A DNA stretch of 64,000 nucleotides from Macrostomum lignano (GCA_002269645.1 NIVC01003156.1:1-64000); one strand, 5' to 3'. Shown: positions 13,139-26,072, numbered from the stretch's first letter. Made by a program: numbers and translations. Notes: generated by a model not told the origin, from the sequence alone.

Positions 13139-14101
13139 TTGATTGAATTCCGATGCTAAAAATAACTTCCGTCCTTTCTATCCTGTGTACACGCTCACCC
13201 CCTCTTACCTAAAGTTTAGTCAGCAGTAAAATTTTATTAATACGTACATCCACAACGAAGACAAGAATTTTAATGTTCCGATTATTGTAGGCCGTTTGAT
13301 ACGTCATTTGTTTGTTTTGTTGCAAGAGTACATTAGCAAGATAAACCAATTAGATTCCAAAATACGCTCGTAAATAAATCTAAGTTTTCTTTATTATTGT
13401 CCTAATTTTTCAAAGTTCCTACACGAAGTTCTTTGCCTGCCAGTTAAAATAATCACAATCGTGCTTCTTGTTGTCCCGCAAGCACAGCAGACGGTTTTAT
13501 GAAGTAGCTCTGCAACAAGCTAAATAGTATTGCTTTTTCAAACCAAAAAATCAAATGTTTTACCATTAGCTACTGTGGCTTTTAACGTATTATGATGCCA
13601 TTTTTATTTAAAATTGAATTTATGCCATTACGTTATATTTGAGAGCAAGTTGTAATATTTTTGGTTATTTTTACAGCAAGCCTTAGATTTGCTGAAGGTT
13701 TTTGGTTGCTGTCAAGTGAAATCTGGCTTGGAGTTGGAGTAGGACGGTTTTAATGAGAATTTGTTTTACTTTCGATTGTCAAATCAACTCTTTTTGACTA
13801 GATGTGTTGTGTTGTGAAAATAATTATATAAATTGTTTATGTTTTAAATGTGTTGTTTTTTGTTTTAAATCGGTTTAATTTTTTACTGATGATAGTGGGT
13901 GTCTGTTATACATACACTAACATGTCTAATTTTCACTTTTTTAGCTCGTATAATTACAAATTAACGAGTCAGTGTTTATTGTTGTTTTTCTAGTCAGAAG
14001 TCAGTGTATAAATATTTTGTTTTTCATCAACGCTTTAGTGCTAATTCTACAAATTTATCCATAAATTGCATTTTTCGTTGAAGAGACACGTGCACCTGAC
14101 G

Positions 14102-14495
14102 GGGGCGCTTCATAAGACCTAGATTTCACAACGCCTAAAGCACATGACTTCACAACGCCTAAATTTCGTATCACCTAAATTTAACAACACCTAAAACCGA
14201 AAATGCATCCTATTCCATATCGCCTAAATTTCACAACGCTTAAAAATCTGCATGCTCTTTCATATCGCCTAAACTTCATTTCGCCTAAATTTCACAACAC
14301 CTAAAACTGAATGTGAAGGAGAGAAGCAAAGATTTTAGGCGTTCTGAAACTTAGGCGACATAAAATTTAGGCGATGTGAATGAGGCTGCATTTTCGGTTT
14401 TAGGCGTTATGAAATTTAGGCGATATGAAATTTAAGGCGTTGTGAAGTGTGGTGGTTTTAGGCGTTGTGAAATTTAGTTCTTATGAAAGCGTCCA
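14102..14495. mobile_element. Foldback-type MITE with long modular TIRs and an 8-bp target-site duplication
   Basis: The ~110-bp left arm (cgcttcataagacctagatttcacaacgcctaaa...aaaaccgaaaatgca) is the reverse complement of the right arm. Arms are built of aaatttcacaacgcct-like subrepeats. acctgacg flanks both ends (14094-14101 and 14496-14503). Confidence 0.85.
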
Positions 14496-14697
14496 ACCTG
14501 ACGCATGCAAAGTTACTTTTTTGCCGTTCAATAATGCTATACAAACTATTTATGTTGAAATTGCTATCCGTTGAGTTAGAATTTATTATGCTACTTGTTG
14601 TCTCGCACTGCTTATTGTCGCATAATAATAATTATTATTAAACTATAGTGCACCGCATGATACTATTGTTGTACCTATCTGTCTTTTCATTTTGTAG

Positions 14698-17600
14698 AGC
14701 CACAATCGACAGCACACGCATCAAAGGCGGGTGTCTGCGGCCGGCAATAATCAGACAGGCATTGATGGCGTAGCTTCATGCTCATCTGGCGCTGCTGCTG
14801 CTGCTGCTGTTGCCAGCCCAGGGCAGTCCGGCACAGTGCGATTAAAAAAGCCAACCCAATGCGGTATTAAGAGTTATCGCGTGTTGCGTCACGCCTCCGA
14901 GGTTGGCGCCCTATCGTGCGCCAAATTCTGCGAATGTTCGCTAGACGGCGAGCTGCTTGAAACTGGCGACAAAGAGCAGAACGTAGCTGAGGCTGTTGAA
15001 GCCGACAAAGACGGCGGGGAGTTGACGCCTACAGTTCAGGAGGAGATCAACAAAGATGCAGACGATGACTTTGTTAACATCGAATCAATCAATCCGGTAA
15101 TTGTTCAGCAAATATCTTCCAACTCAAGTGTGCCAGAAGCCGGCGTTGAAGCCACGGAATCGCTCGATCTCGGGCAAGAGGCTGCCAGTTCGGCTGACCT
15201 GCCAGTGCATGCCGGTGACGAAAGGATGAAGAATAGCAAGCCAGCACAGCCGCCGCCGCGACCGCCGCCTCCGCAACCGCGTCGACCAGCGTCGCTTGTA
15301 GCTACTGAGGCCGCTGAAGTCGCTCCAGCTCCGTCGTCAGACGCTGCAAGTGCACCGCCGCCATCATCTTCATCATCGTCAGCATCAGCAGTTCCTCCCT
15401 GCCGTTCGCAGTTACTGTCTAAGCGGTACACAGCGCCTAACATCCAGCCATTGAGTTTAGCTCAGCAGCAGCATCAGGTCGCAGCGCAGCAGCAGCAGCA
15501 GCAGCAGTGCCAGCTCTGGGATCTTCGAGACGATACTCTGACATGCAGAAAGCTTAGTAGGCCAGTTAGCTTGACAGCAGCCAATGCCGCTATAGTGCTT
15601 GGTGGCGGTAAGATTCTGGTAACGAAGCTGTACATTTACTCACCAATGCCTAACACCGTGTGCCACCCCTCCCCTCTCCTTTTGCTTTTTTCTTTGCCTC
15701 TCTCCTTCTTCTTTCTCGCATTTTTTCTTCTAATCTTCTCTTCGACGTCGTGTGTGCCTTTTCTCTTTTTGTCTCCTGTCTGTCTGTCTGTCTGTCAATA
15801 TAGGCTAACGGTGCTACTGGCTCGCAGCAGCAGCAGCAGGCGCATCAGCACCATCTGCTGCAGCACTGTCCGTCTAGTGGGAGCTCCGGTTGTCTAGCGT
15901 CGGGTGCAACCGGCACATCCGGGCAGCAGCAGCAGCAGCAGCAACAGCAGCAACAGTCACAGCCACAGCCACAGCAGCCTCCAGCCTCAGCCTCTGGCAC
16001 ATCCGGCAGATACGTTCGTCGTCCAATGCTAGAAAACTCTGGCATCGGCAGTTCCAATTCGGCGGTAGCCGCCGCGGCCAACGCTGCCACGACGCGAGCG
16101 GAGCTGAAACGAGCCCGTAGCCAAGGTCAGACAAGCGATATTGGCCAGCGGTCTGGCCAGCCACCCCACTGTTATCAGCATCAGCCGCGGCACTATCTTA
16201 GAGTTAATTATTCGCACGCCGCGACCCACTTCGTTCGTAGTTTAGAAGAGCCAACCAGTACCGGCCAGGCAGCCTGCTTTCATGCCGCTTCCACTTCGTT
16301 TGGTAGCCAATTATTATTATTTTATTATTATTTTCAATTAGACAGTTGCTAAATTAACTTATTCTGTTAGATTATTGGCGCACCGCTCAAATCAAATATT
16401 CTCCTTTTAGTTATTTATATCTATGTTTTATGTTGTGAATTCTCCGCTATATAAACTGCTGTGTTGCTTTATAAACTGTTTTGCAACTATCTTTCACTCT
16501 AGCCTGTCTCTGGGACTTCCTGACCCGGCCGACTCAAATCTGACCCATTTAAATCCTGGACTCATTTAAATTTCTGACCCATTTGAGTCTCTGACCCATT
16601 TGAGTCTCTGACCCATTTGACTCTCTGACCCATTTGAGTTTCTGACCCATTTGAGTCTCTGACCCATTTGACTCTCTGACCCATTTGACTCCCTGACCAA
16701 TTTGAGTCTCTGACCCATTTGACTCCCTAACCCATTTGACTTTGACCCATTTCACTCCCTGACCAATTTGAGTCTCTGACCAATTTGAGTCTCTGACCCA
16801 TTTGACTCCCTGACCCATTTGACTCCTGACCCATTTGAGTCTGACCCATTTGACTCCCTGACCAATTTGAGTCTCTGACCCATTTGACTCCCTAACCCAT
16901 TTGACTTTGACCCATTTCACTCCCTGACCAATTTGAGTCTCTGACCAATTTGAGTCTCTGACCCATTTGACTCCCTGACCAATTTGACTCCCTGACCCAT
17001 TTGAGTCTGACCCATTTGACTCCTTGACCCATTTGAGTCTCTGACCCATTTGACTCCTTGACCCATTTGAGTCTCTGACCCATTTGACTCCTTGACCCAT
17101 TTGAGTCTCTGACCCGTTTGACTCCCTGACCCATTTGACTCTCTGACCCGTTTGACTCCCTGACCCATTTGACTCTCTGACCCATTTGACTCCCTGACAC
17201 ATTTGAGTCTCTGACCCATTTCACTCCTTGACCCATTTGAGTCTCTGACCCGTTTGACTCCCTGACCCATTTGACTCTCTGACCCATTTGACTCCCTGAC
17301 ACATTTGAGTCTCTGACCCATTTCACTCCTTGACCCATTTGAGTCTCTGACCCGTTTGACTCCCTGACCCATTTGACCATTTGGTCCATCATAAAGTTGC
17401 AACTCTATATTTAATCATTGTAGTCAGTCTCGCCTTACTTTATAATTTGTGTTGTATACCGCAATTTTTTGTGTTTTACCCTGTTGTTATTAAGATTATA
17501 AACTATTCAGTAACAATCATATGACATCGTTTTATATGCATGCCCTTTTGTATTTCGTCTTAACATCGGTACTAAACTTTCTGCATCACTTTTCGATTAT

Positions 17601-20600
17601 GAAAATGTTATTTAGATCATTTGATATTCATCTAAAACACCATATTCCCTATTCCCTCACAATTTGCTAGTCGTGCGTCTAATCTCAAGTCTATTCTGAT
17701 CTAATCTATCCTATCTCTTCAAGATGACGAGAAAACTCCTTCACTGCATGTTAGCATGTCAGCTGTGTGCGTATGTATGTATGTAAATTACATGTGGATG
17801 TTATAGAAACAGTGATGTGCTAGATACTCGTAGATAAACGTCTCTCCTGGTTAACAAGATTGGTTGAGTTTGAGTTTTTGTCTACAAAAACTTGTAGCGA
17901 TAGCGAATTTGGGGGGGGGGGTCAGATCAAATTAAAGATTTGAAAAAAGGTTCCAATATAAATTAGGTACAGTTTTATACTACTTACTAAGTAAGTAGCG
18001 TAAAAGTATCTGCTTAGATTTTTTGTGTGGATGAATTCAAATTTCGGTAAATATACGTTGGGTTTAAAAAAATAATTTAATGGAATAAAAGTGCAATTAT
18101 TGTCTTAGTATTAATACTGCATGCCACAGTGCCGTGTCGTTGTGTCTGTGAGTAGATTATGTGAATTATTGTCTGTGAGTATGTCTAGTGATTGATATCT
18201 AATATTCCTTATTAGATTTAATTTACCACTGTTTTTATTTTATTTTGTCAGATAAGACCGACAATTTCTCTCGCTCGTGCAGCAGCAGCACTTCGAGTCT
18301 GGAGCACTGCGCCAAGGAGTCTGTGATGCTGCTCAGCTTTGCTAGTGCTCATCTAAAGAAAACTGGTGAGTGAGAGTGGAGACTTATTTACGAATTCAGT
18401 ATATCGCTTCTCTTTAATCTACTCTCATCTGCTCTCCGATTGAGACCGTGATCTTATCCTATTCATATCTTCCAGTCATCTCAATCCCTACTAATAGATT
18501 CTATCTGTTCTATCTGTATTTACTCTGATCTACTCTAGAATCTAATCTACCATCTACTCTGCAATCTACCCTAGAATCTAATTAATCTACAATCTACTCT
18601 GCAATCTACTCTAAAATCTACTCTTACGATCTATTCTGCAATCTACTCTAGAATCTAATCTACAACTTACTTTGCAATCTACTCTGCAACCTGATCTACA
18701 ATCTACTCTTACGATCTAGTCTGCAATATATTATGCAATCTACTTTGCAATCTACTCTACAATCTACTCTAGCATCTACTCTACAACTTACTCTGCAAAC
18801 TATTCTGCAACCTGATCTACAATCTACTCTTGCGATCTACTATAAAATCTACAACGATCAACTCTTCTATCTACTTTATAATCTACTCTAATTTACTCAT
18901 TGTTATCGTCAATCGATATTTCGCTGACAACCCCCCCCCGCCCCACCGCAGACACTCAGCCAACGCCAACTCTGTGGATCGGCACCTCTCTCGGGGCGAT
19001 CTTCCCAATCCGTATCCAGCTGCCGTCAACGGAATCCGCGCGCTCCGCGCAGCCCGTCGTAGCCGCGCCATCCGGCACCGTCATCAGGATGCTGGGCGCC
19101 ATACAGGACGTGTCCATCTTGACCGCGCCACCGCCAACTGCTGAAGACACTCAGCTGATTTGCCTCTGCTCGGATAAGCAGGTTCGAGTTCTGTGCCTGC
19201 CTTCGTTAACCTGCTGCGCTAAAAAGAAACTCACTGAGACGTCGACAGTTGCTAAGGCGGCTGTTTCGCTAGTCAGAGGCTACCCTTGCCTTGTCTGTCT
19301 GCTGGCCAACGGGCATATCGTTGTTAACTCTTTGCCTGGACTGAAACCGCTAATGGATATTGATTATGCACCGTTCGTGGACTTCAGGTAAGTTTAACGT
19401 TCGAAAAACTAAATTTTCATTATTACGTCACTATTTACTGGTAAAACTCTAGCTTTATTGCTATTTTCTTATATTTCTACTTCATAAGTAGTGAAATTAA
19501 AAAAAAATTGATTGTTTAAATTTTCCTATTTTCGATGGAAAAATATAGTTTCAACCTTTTCTTTACTTTCTACTTCGATAGTAGCGAAAAACGGACATCT
19601 GCGTTTTAATTTTCATCGATACAATTAGAAACCAACAATAAATATTACGGAAATTTTTAGGCGTGTTTTAGATAGAGACAGCTATTTGATCAGGTATTTA
19701 CACATAATTTTGTGAAAGTGTGCCAATAAATTTACTTGTCATTTTGGTTTCTGGTGTGTATTCAAATTTTGCTTACAAAATTCATTTTTAGTCAGCTTCA
19801 AACAAAATTTGTGTGTCTTGCTACTTAAAGTAGGGAAAATGCACTCTTCCTACGAAAAATCAATATTTCAATAAGTAAAATTCAAAACTCATTATCGCTT
19901 TTTGTGTCAGCATTGAAACACTTATTTTTTTAATATCGATATTAATTTGGCACTCACTTTTTGTTGAGCTTTTCTCAATTTTTTTCACAGGTGTGTTGCT
20001 TCACTGTTAGTTTCGGTTTTCGTGTTATCATTGAACTTCATAAGCGTATGATTGATAAAACTGCTGCATTGGTTTTATGACATCATTTTAAGAATATTCT
20101 TTCTGATGGATATCATCCTGAGCACAGTATCTTTGAGAATCTCAACCTGATGTCTCACCTTGAGCACAGTGTCTTTGAGAATCTCAACCTGAGGTCTCAC
20201 CTTGAGCACAGTGTCTTTGAGAATCTCAACCTGAGGTCTCACCTTGAGCACAGTGTCTTTGAGAATCTCAACCTGAGGTCTCACCTTGAGCACATTTTCT
20301 TTGAGAATCTCAACCTGAGGTCTCACCTTGAGCACAGTGTCTTTGAGAATCTCAACCTGAGGTCTCACCTTGAGCACATTTTCTTTGAGAATCTCAACCT
20401 GAGGTCTCACCTTGAGCACATTTTCTTTGAGAATCTCAACCTGAGGTCTCACCTTGAGCACAGTTTCTTTGAGAATCTCAACCTGAGGTCTCACCTTGAG
20501 CACAGTTTCTTTGAGAATCTCAACCTGAGGTCTCACCATGATCAGAATTTTTTCGCTTGGCAGCTTTTTCAAAAAACACAGTGAATGATATAATGTACTA

Positions 20601-21872
20601 GCCAAAATTTAAATTCATTAGTGTTTCTGTGATGTTTTTTGGACTTTTTTCGTCTAGTAATAGATCCTGTTAGTTTAAACAAAAAAGTTTTGAACGATGC
20701 ACGTTTAGTAAATTTTATAAGCTTTTTCGAATTGAGTTTGCTTTACTTTTAGCTGACCTTTCAACAAATTTGACCAAAACGATTAGTTAACAACTTTTAA
20801 ACAAATTTTGTTATTCCAGGTTCAGTCGCACTTTCCAGTGCAGCAATCACGGTCACGCCGTTTACTTTTGTTCGCCAAGCGAAGTACAAAAAATCACCAT
20901 CTGCAGCGATATATGGTCAGTGTTGCGTCATTTCTTTAAAAAACTTCATGACTTTCGAGCATTAAAAAATCGATATTTCTACTTTCAGTAGCTAAATTAG
21001 AACGCAAACTGTTTTTTCTGTATTTTTTCAGCAACGATCTAAACGACATGCTGGCCGATTTGTACACGCCCTGCGATCTGCCGGAGCCACCCAAAAAGAG
21101 TCTGTTTGAAAAGTTTGGCCAAAATCTGTTTGGCAGCGCCAGCGCCGCACCTGTAGATCGCGAACAGATCTGTGAGTATTTATTATTCTACTGAAACTAA
21201 ATTTTTTGAAAAGAGAATTAAAAATAAATTCATCGTTTAACTTGCGTTATCAGTTGGCGAGGCCGCTGGAAAGCCAGCGTCAGGCATTTGCACTGTGAAG
21301 CAGGGCGGCCCACAGCAAAACATGGAAGCTATAAGGGCTCGCGCCGGCGGGGCCAGCTCTGAAATTGCCAACGCGCTTCAGGCAAGTTTTCTGTGTAAAA
21401 CATTTTTATTAACTTTAAACCCACCACCCCATTCCCGGCCAGAGCGTCATGTCAAACCCCAACCAACCCCCAACCACCACCCCATTCCCAGCCAGAGCGT
21501 CAAGTCAAACCCCAACCAACCCCCAACCACCACCCCATTCCCAGACAGAGCGTCAAGTCAAACCCCAACCAACCCCCAACCACCACCCCATTCCCAGCCA
21601 GAGCGTCAACCCCACCACCAAACCCACCACCCCTTCCCCAGACAGAGCACCAACCCCCCTTCTTCGACCCGCTAGCCCAATCAAAAGCAAGCAACTCGCT
21701 AACCAAACGCTGGCTACCCCTCCTACAGCAAGGCCTCGAGCGAGGCGAAAAGCTTGGCGAACTGGACGAACAAACCGAGCGAATGCGCAACTCCGCTCTG
21801 GAGTACCGCAACGTCGCCAGCCAATTGGCCCAAAAGTACAAAGATAAAGACAAGAAATTTTGGCAGTTTTAA
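14698..21872 (+). CDS. STXBP5: Tomosyn (syntaxin-binding protein 5 / Lgl family), 3' exons: 14698-15607 or -15618, 15804-16125, 18252-18365, 18952-19387, 20820-20915, 21032-21171, 21254-21381, 21729-21872
   Basis: The hand-spliced product has tomosyn hallmarks: DNFSRSCSSSTSSLE, TLWIGTSLG, PSGTVIRMLGAI, CLLANGHIVVNSLPGLKPL, RTFQCSNHGHAVYFCSPSE, LYTPCDLPEPP, VDREQIFG, and the C-terminal R-SNARE ERGEKLGELDEQTERM...KYKDKDKKFWQF*. Exon phases agree across the last six exons. The first two listed exons are low-complexity and less certain. The N-terminal WD40 exons were not found in the window. Confidence 0.92.
16520..17392. repeat. ~17-bp minisatellite (ctgacccatttgagtct / ctgacccatttgactcc) in a tomosyn intron
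   Basis: Directly visible; gives the GQxVKWVRESN ORFs. Confidence 0.95.
18500..18895. repeat. Degenerate ~12-bp repeat (aatctactctgc) in a tomosyn intron
   Basis: Directly visible. Confidence 0.85.
20123..20540. repeat. 42-bp minisatellite, ~10 copies, in a tomosyn intron
   Basis: Unit ttgagaatctcaacctgaggtctcaccttgagcacagtgtct; open as a 14-aa repeat on both strands. Confidence 0.95.
21418..21660. repeat. C/A-rich ~53-bp minisatellite (~4 copies) in the last tomosyn intron
   Basis: Repeats of aaaccccaaccaacccccaaccaccaccccattcccagacagagcgtcaagtc. Confidence 0.85.
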
Positions 21873-23024
21873 CTTTAGAATTTAGAAGCACGATCAGTGC
21901 TACACTACACATTGTGTATCAATATTGTAGGATATTGTTATTCGTGCTTAATTAAGTCTGTCTTGCCCCGGATATAATAACAACATTTTTATAACAATTG
22001 TGTTTATCTGTTGTATGGTTTCAATATTTTTATAAAAAATATTTAATGCGACCAATTTTAGGCATGCACGGGCGTCACTAGTAATGTTAGCTAATAACAG
22101 AATAACAACGAAGCATATAGCAGCATATATTTTTAGTTTTAGTTAATTGGTAACCCTTGTCGTTAAACTGTTTGGTGTCACCCAATCAATAGTTTTATTT
22201 TTTTGATTTTTTTTTATTTAAACGTATGGTCCTTCATCCGCTTCTTTCTCGTGTTAATCGTTAAATTTTTGTTAATGGCGTTGTGGTAAAATCGTTCCGG
22301 ATTTTTAGAAATCTGTGAACGTTTAATCTCAGTAATATCAGTTCACACTTTTTTTCCAGATTCATCCAATAAATACGTTAATATTAATTTCTAAAAATTA
22401 ATTCGTCCTAAATTGTAACTATTTCGCGCTTATTAGCATTGAAATATTTCACTCATAATTACATCGTGAATTTTGCATTAATAACCGTTTTGATTGCAAT
22501 TTACAAATTCTAGTTCTTGTTGTAGTTGCTGAAGATTGTTGTACACCATCTTCGCTATATTTTACTAGAAAAGCATAGTATATCTCCTAACTCCCTAAGC
22601 AGTTTGTGTACTTTCATTCCGCCATTTTTTATGCATAATTTATTTAAAGTTGTAATTCTAGCAAGCTTGTACATTGTTGTTTAATTGTTATATAGATAAC
22701 AGTTGATATTTTGTTCTGGAAAATATTTTTGTTCGTTGCACACGCTTACAAAGATTCCGTAATTTTCCTCTGATCTAAGTGATTATTTATTGTTTTTATT
22801 GCATTAGCAAGAAAGCGAGCTATTCTTGTAGTCAAACTTTCTTCGAAATTATTTTATTTCCATTATTAGAAGGTCGAAATTAATTTATACAATATACTAA
22901 AAAATCAAATTTCTCAATGCACTTTTGTGATGCAAAATTGGCTCTAAATTCAATGTCACGCCCATAAAAATGTCGCCTGACAGTCAGGCTGGGTTACTGA
23001 TTCAGTCTTTTTTATTTTTTATCA

Positions 23025-23360
23025 GACAGGGGTTGTGTGCACCCTGGCGCACTTTAAGCGACATAGGCACACAACCGGCGAGAACTGCCCATTCCGCCGA
23101 CTCCCCTGAGCAGGCATACAAGCGCGCGGATACGTACGCAGGCACACACTCACACAGGAGTGTACAGCGGCCCTAACTTTATTTATCGTTAGACATTTAC
23201 ACTTCACAGTTCCTTCGGGGTTGGACCCCAAGGACGTTACGAGCAGATCGAGCCAAGCCGAGATTCCAATTAGCCCCAAATTAATGTGAATGCACTTGGA
23301 ATCGAGCTTGGGCCGCTGGCACATCAGAGCGCCGCGCCTAGACCATTGGGCTACGGCCCC
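23025..23360 (-). mobile_element. tRNA-derived SINE-like element
   Basis: The minus strand begins GGGGCCG-TAGCCCAATGG (A-box-like) and has GCTCGATTCC (B-box-like) ~35 nt later. The body is shared with the copies at 38.8 kb and 10 kb. Confidence 0.6.
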
Positions 23361-23670
23361 CTTATCGGCACTTTATTGCTTTTAACATTCTAGTCTTATG
23401 TTCAGTGGCTGGCAGACTAAAATACTGCCAACCTCTCTCCGTCTTTTTTATTACTGAGTTCAATTCAGCTTTCTGTCCTTGCCTCGATTCTCATTGGCTG
23501 ACGCCAGTCACACCACCCTATAGCGCCGCCAACCTCACTACGCTGTCGTTCTATCCCTCCAGTTTAATTGCTCGGCCCCTCACAGCAGTTCACAGCTTCA
23601 ACCCTCTGTTCCTCTCCGCATTCTCATTGGCTATCGTTAGTCTGAAATCAATCTTCATTGATAATAGCTA

Positions 23671-24176
23671 GTGGCGCCGATTCAGACTGAGTGGTGCCAA
23701 TTCGGATTGAGTGGCGCTGATTCGGCGCCGATTCGGATTGAGTGGCGCCGATTCGGACTGAGTGACGCCGATTCGGACTGAGTGGCGCCGATTCGGATTG
23801 AGTGGCGCCGATTCGGATTGAGTGGCGCCGATTCGGATTGAGTGGCGCCGATTCGGATTGAGTGGCGCCGATTCGGATTGAGTGGCGCCGATTCGGATTG
23901 AGTGGCGCCGATTCGGACTGAGTGGCGCCGATTCGGATTGAGTGGCGCCGATTCGGACTGAGTGGCGCCAATTCGGATTGAGTGGCGCCGATTCGGATTA
24001 AGTGGCGCCGATTCGGACTGAGTGGCGCCAATTCGGATTGAGTGGCGCCGATTCGGATTGAGTGGCGCCGATTTGGATTGAGTGGCGCCGATTTGGATTG
24101 AGTGGCGCCGATTCGGACTGAGTGGCACCGATTCGGATTGAGTGGCGCCGATTCGGATTGAGTGGCACCGATTGAG
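23671..24176. repeat. 20-bp minisatellite (gagtggcgccgattcggatt), ~25 copies
   Basis: Directly visible. Confidence 0.97.
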
Positions 24177-24609
24177 TGTTAAAAACGGTTGCGCACAGAG
24201 AGATTTTGAAAGACAGCGTACTTTTTTAAGTTAGATACATGTTCGATCTATAATTAGATTTCTTAAATAAGCGGTTTACGCGCAGTCAGGAATGTTGAAA
24301 CTGATGCGCGCACAGGTGTACTATATAACTTTGTCGATGTCACTTTCCAATTTAGGTAGAATAGCTAAAGGAATAAACACCCGACCAATCTGTTTAAAAA
24401 TTAAATTTAACTATTCAAAGGCATCACCATATATCAGTTTAGTTACAGTTTGTCAACGCTAAATTTATCTAAAATAAATTCATCTATGCTGTCATCTTCT
24501 AAATTTATTAGCTCATTCCGACTACATAAAAACTCGCTCTGAAAAATATTCTCATTAATGAAGCAACCGAATTTGAAAGGTTTTGTTTTAAATAAAACTA
24601 ATCAGCTAT

Positions 24610-24932
24610 ATGGATTTCGTTAAGGTTGGAAAATCTGGCAAGTCACTGAGCCTGACAAGAAAAAGCAATATTGACGGTTACAAGGATATTTGCATCATCA
24701 AGGACATCGAGGTGTGTAACGTTGCACTATTGATTTCGTGTATTATTAAATTTGTGTCTCTGCTCAATATGCAAGTCACTGGAATATTCTGCAGAGACGA
24801 GGTGCCGCAGTCAAGCAACTGGCAGACAATGCATCCAGAATGCGAATGACTTCTGCGCAATTCAACGATCTTGCGGAGAAACTTGCTCAAAAGCACAAAG
24901 CGAAAGATAGAAAACTTTGCACCCTACTGTAA
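24610..24932 (+). CDS. Putative two-exon 79-aa tomosyn-like R-SNARE microprotein ending in a CaaX box (exons 24610-24711, 24795-24932)
   Basis: Phase-0 GT-AG intron of 83 nt. Exon 2 RRGAAVKQLADNASRMRMTSAQFNDLAEKLAQKHKAKDRKLCTLL* aligns without gaps over the SNARE core to tomosyn ERGEKLGELDEQTERMRNSALEYRNVASQLAQKYKDKDKKFWQF*. There is an in-frame stop upstream of the ATG. Confidence 0.7.
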
Positions 24933-25447
24933 ATTCTGACAATTATAATTTTGCGTGCAAACATACAAACTCAAATTCGCGTTTATAATATTCCAGTGAT
25001 GCCGCTAGTTTTGATTTTGTTTTAATCTGTTCTACTATATGCATTTATTCTTTAATATCTAACAAGCTGTCTTGAAAAAGCCTTGTCACATAACATGTAC
25101 ATCTAAGTCGATTCGGCTGTACATTATATGTTTGATATTTATTCAGATCTCTAGTAAGATTTTGACCTTTTCTGTCATTTTACGTTTGAACAATCAAACT
25201 TTTCTGTTATTAACTGGCTTTATAAACGCTATAGGTTTTCATATTAGAAAGTTTTTCACAAACGCTACTTTCTACTTGTACCAGTAGTGCAGCTTGCGTA
25301 TTACGAGAAAGAGTAAAGCTTTTGTAAGAATGTATTGTAGCTATTTAGTTACACTATTAAATCAATAATTACTGGCAGATTTACTTTAGATTGGCTCAAT
25401 ATATATAAAGCTTCAATTAAATGACTTATGTTCTTGATGAAACTATT

Positions 25448-26072
<625 letters not shown>

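Noticed and set aside
22975-22989. Perfect palindrome GCCTGAC-A-GTCAGGC as a Helitron 3' hairpin
   Set aside because: No CTRR terminus at the expected distance on either strand and no other Helitron evidence.
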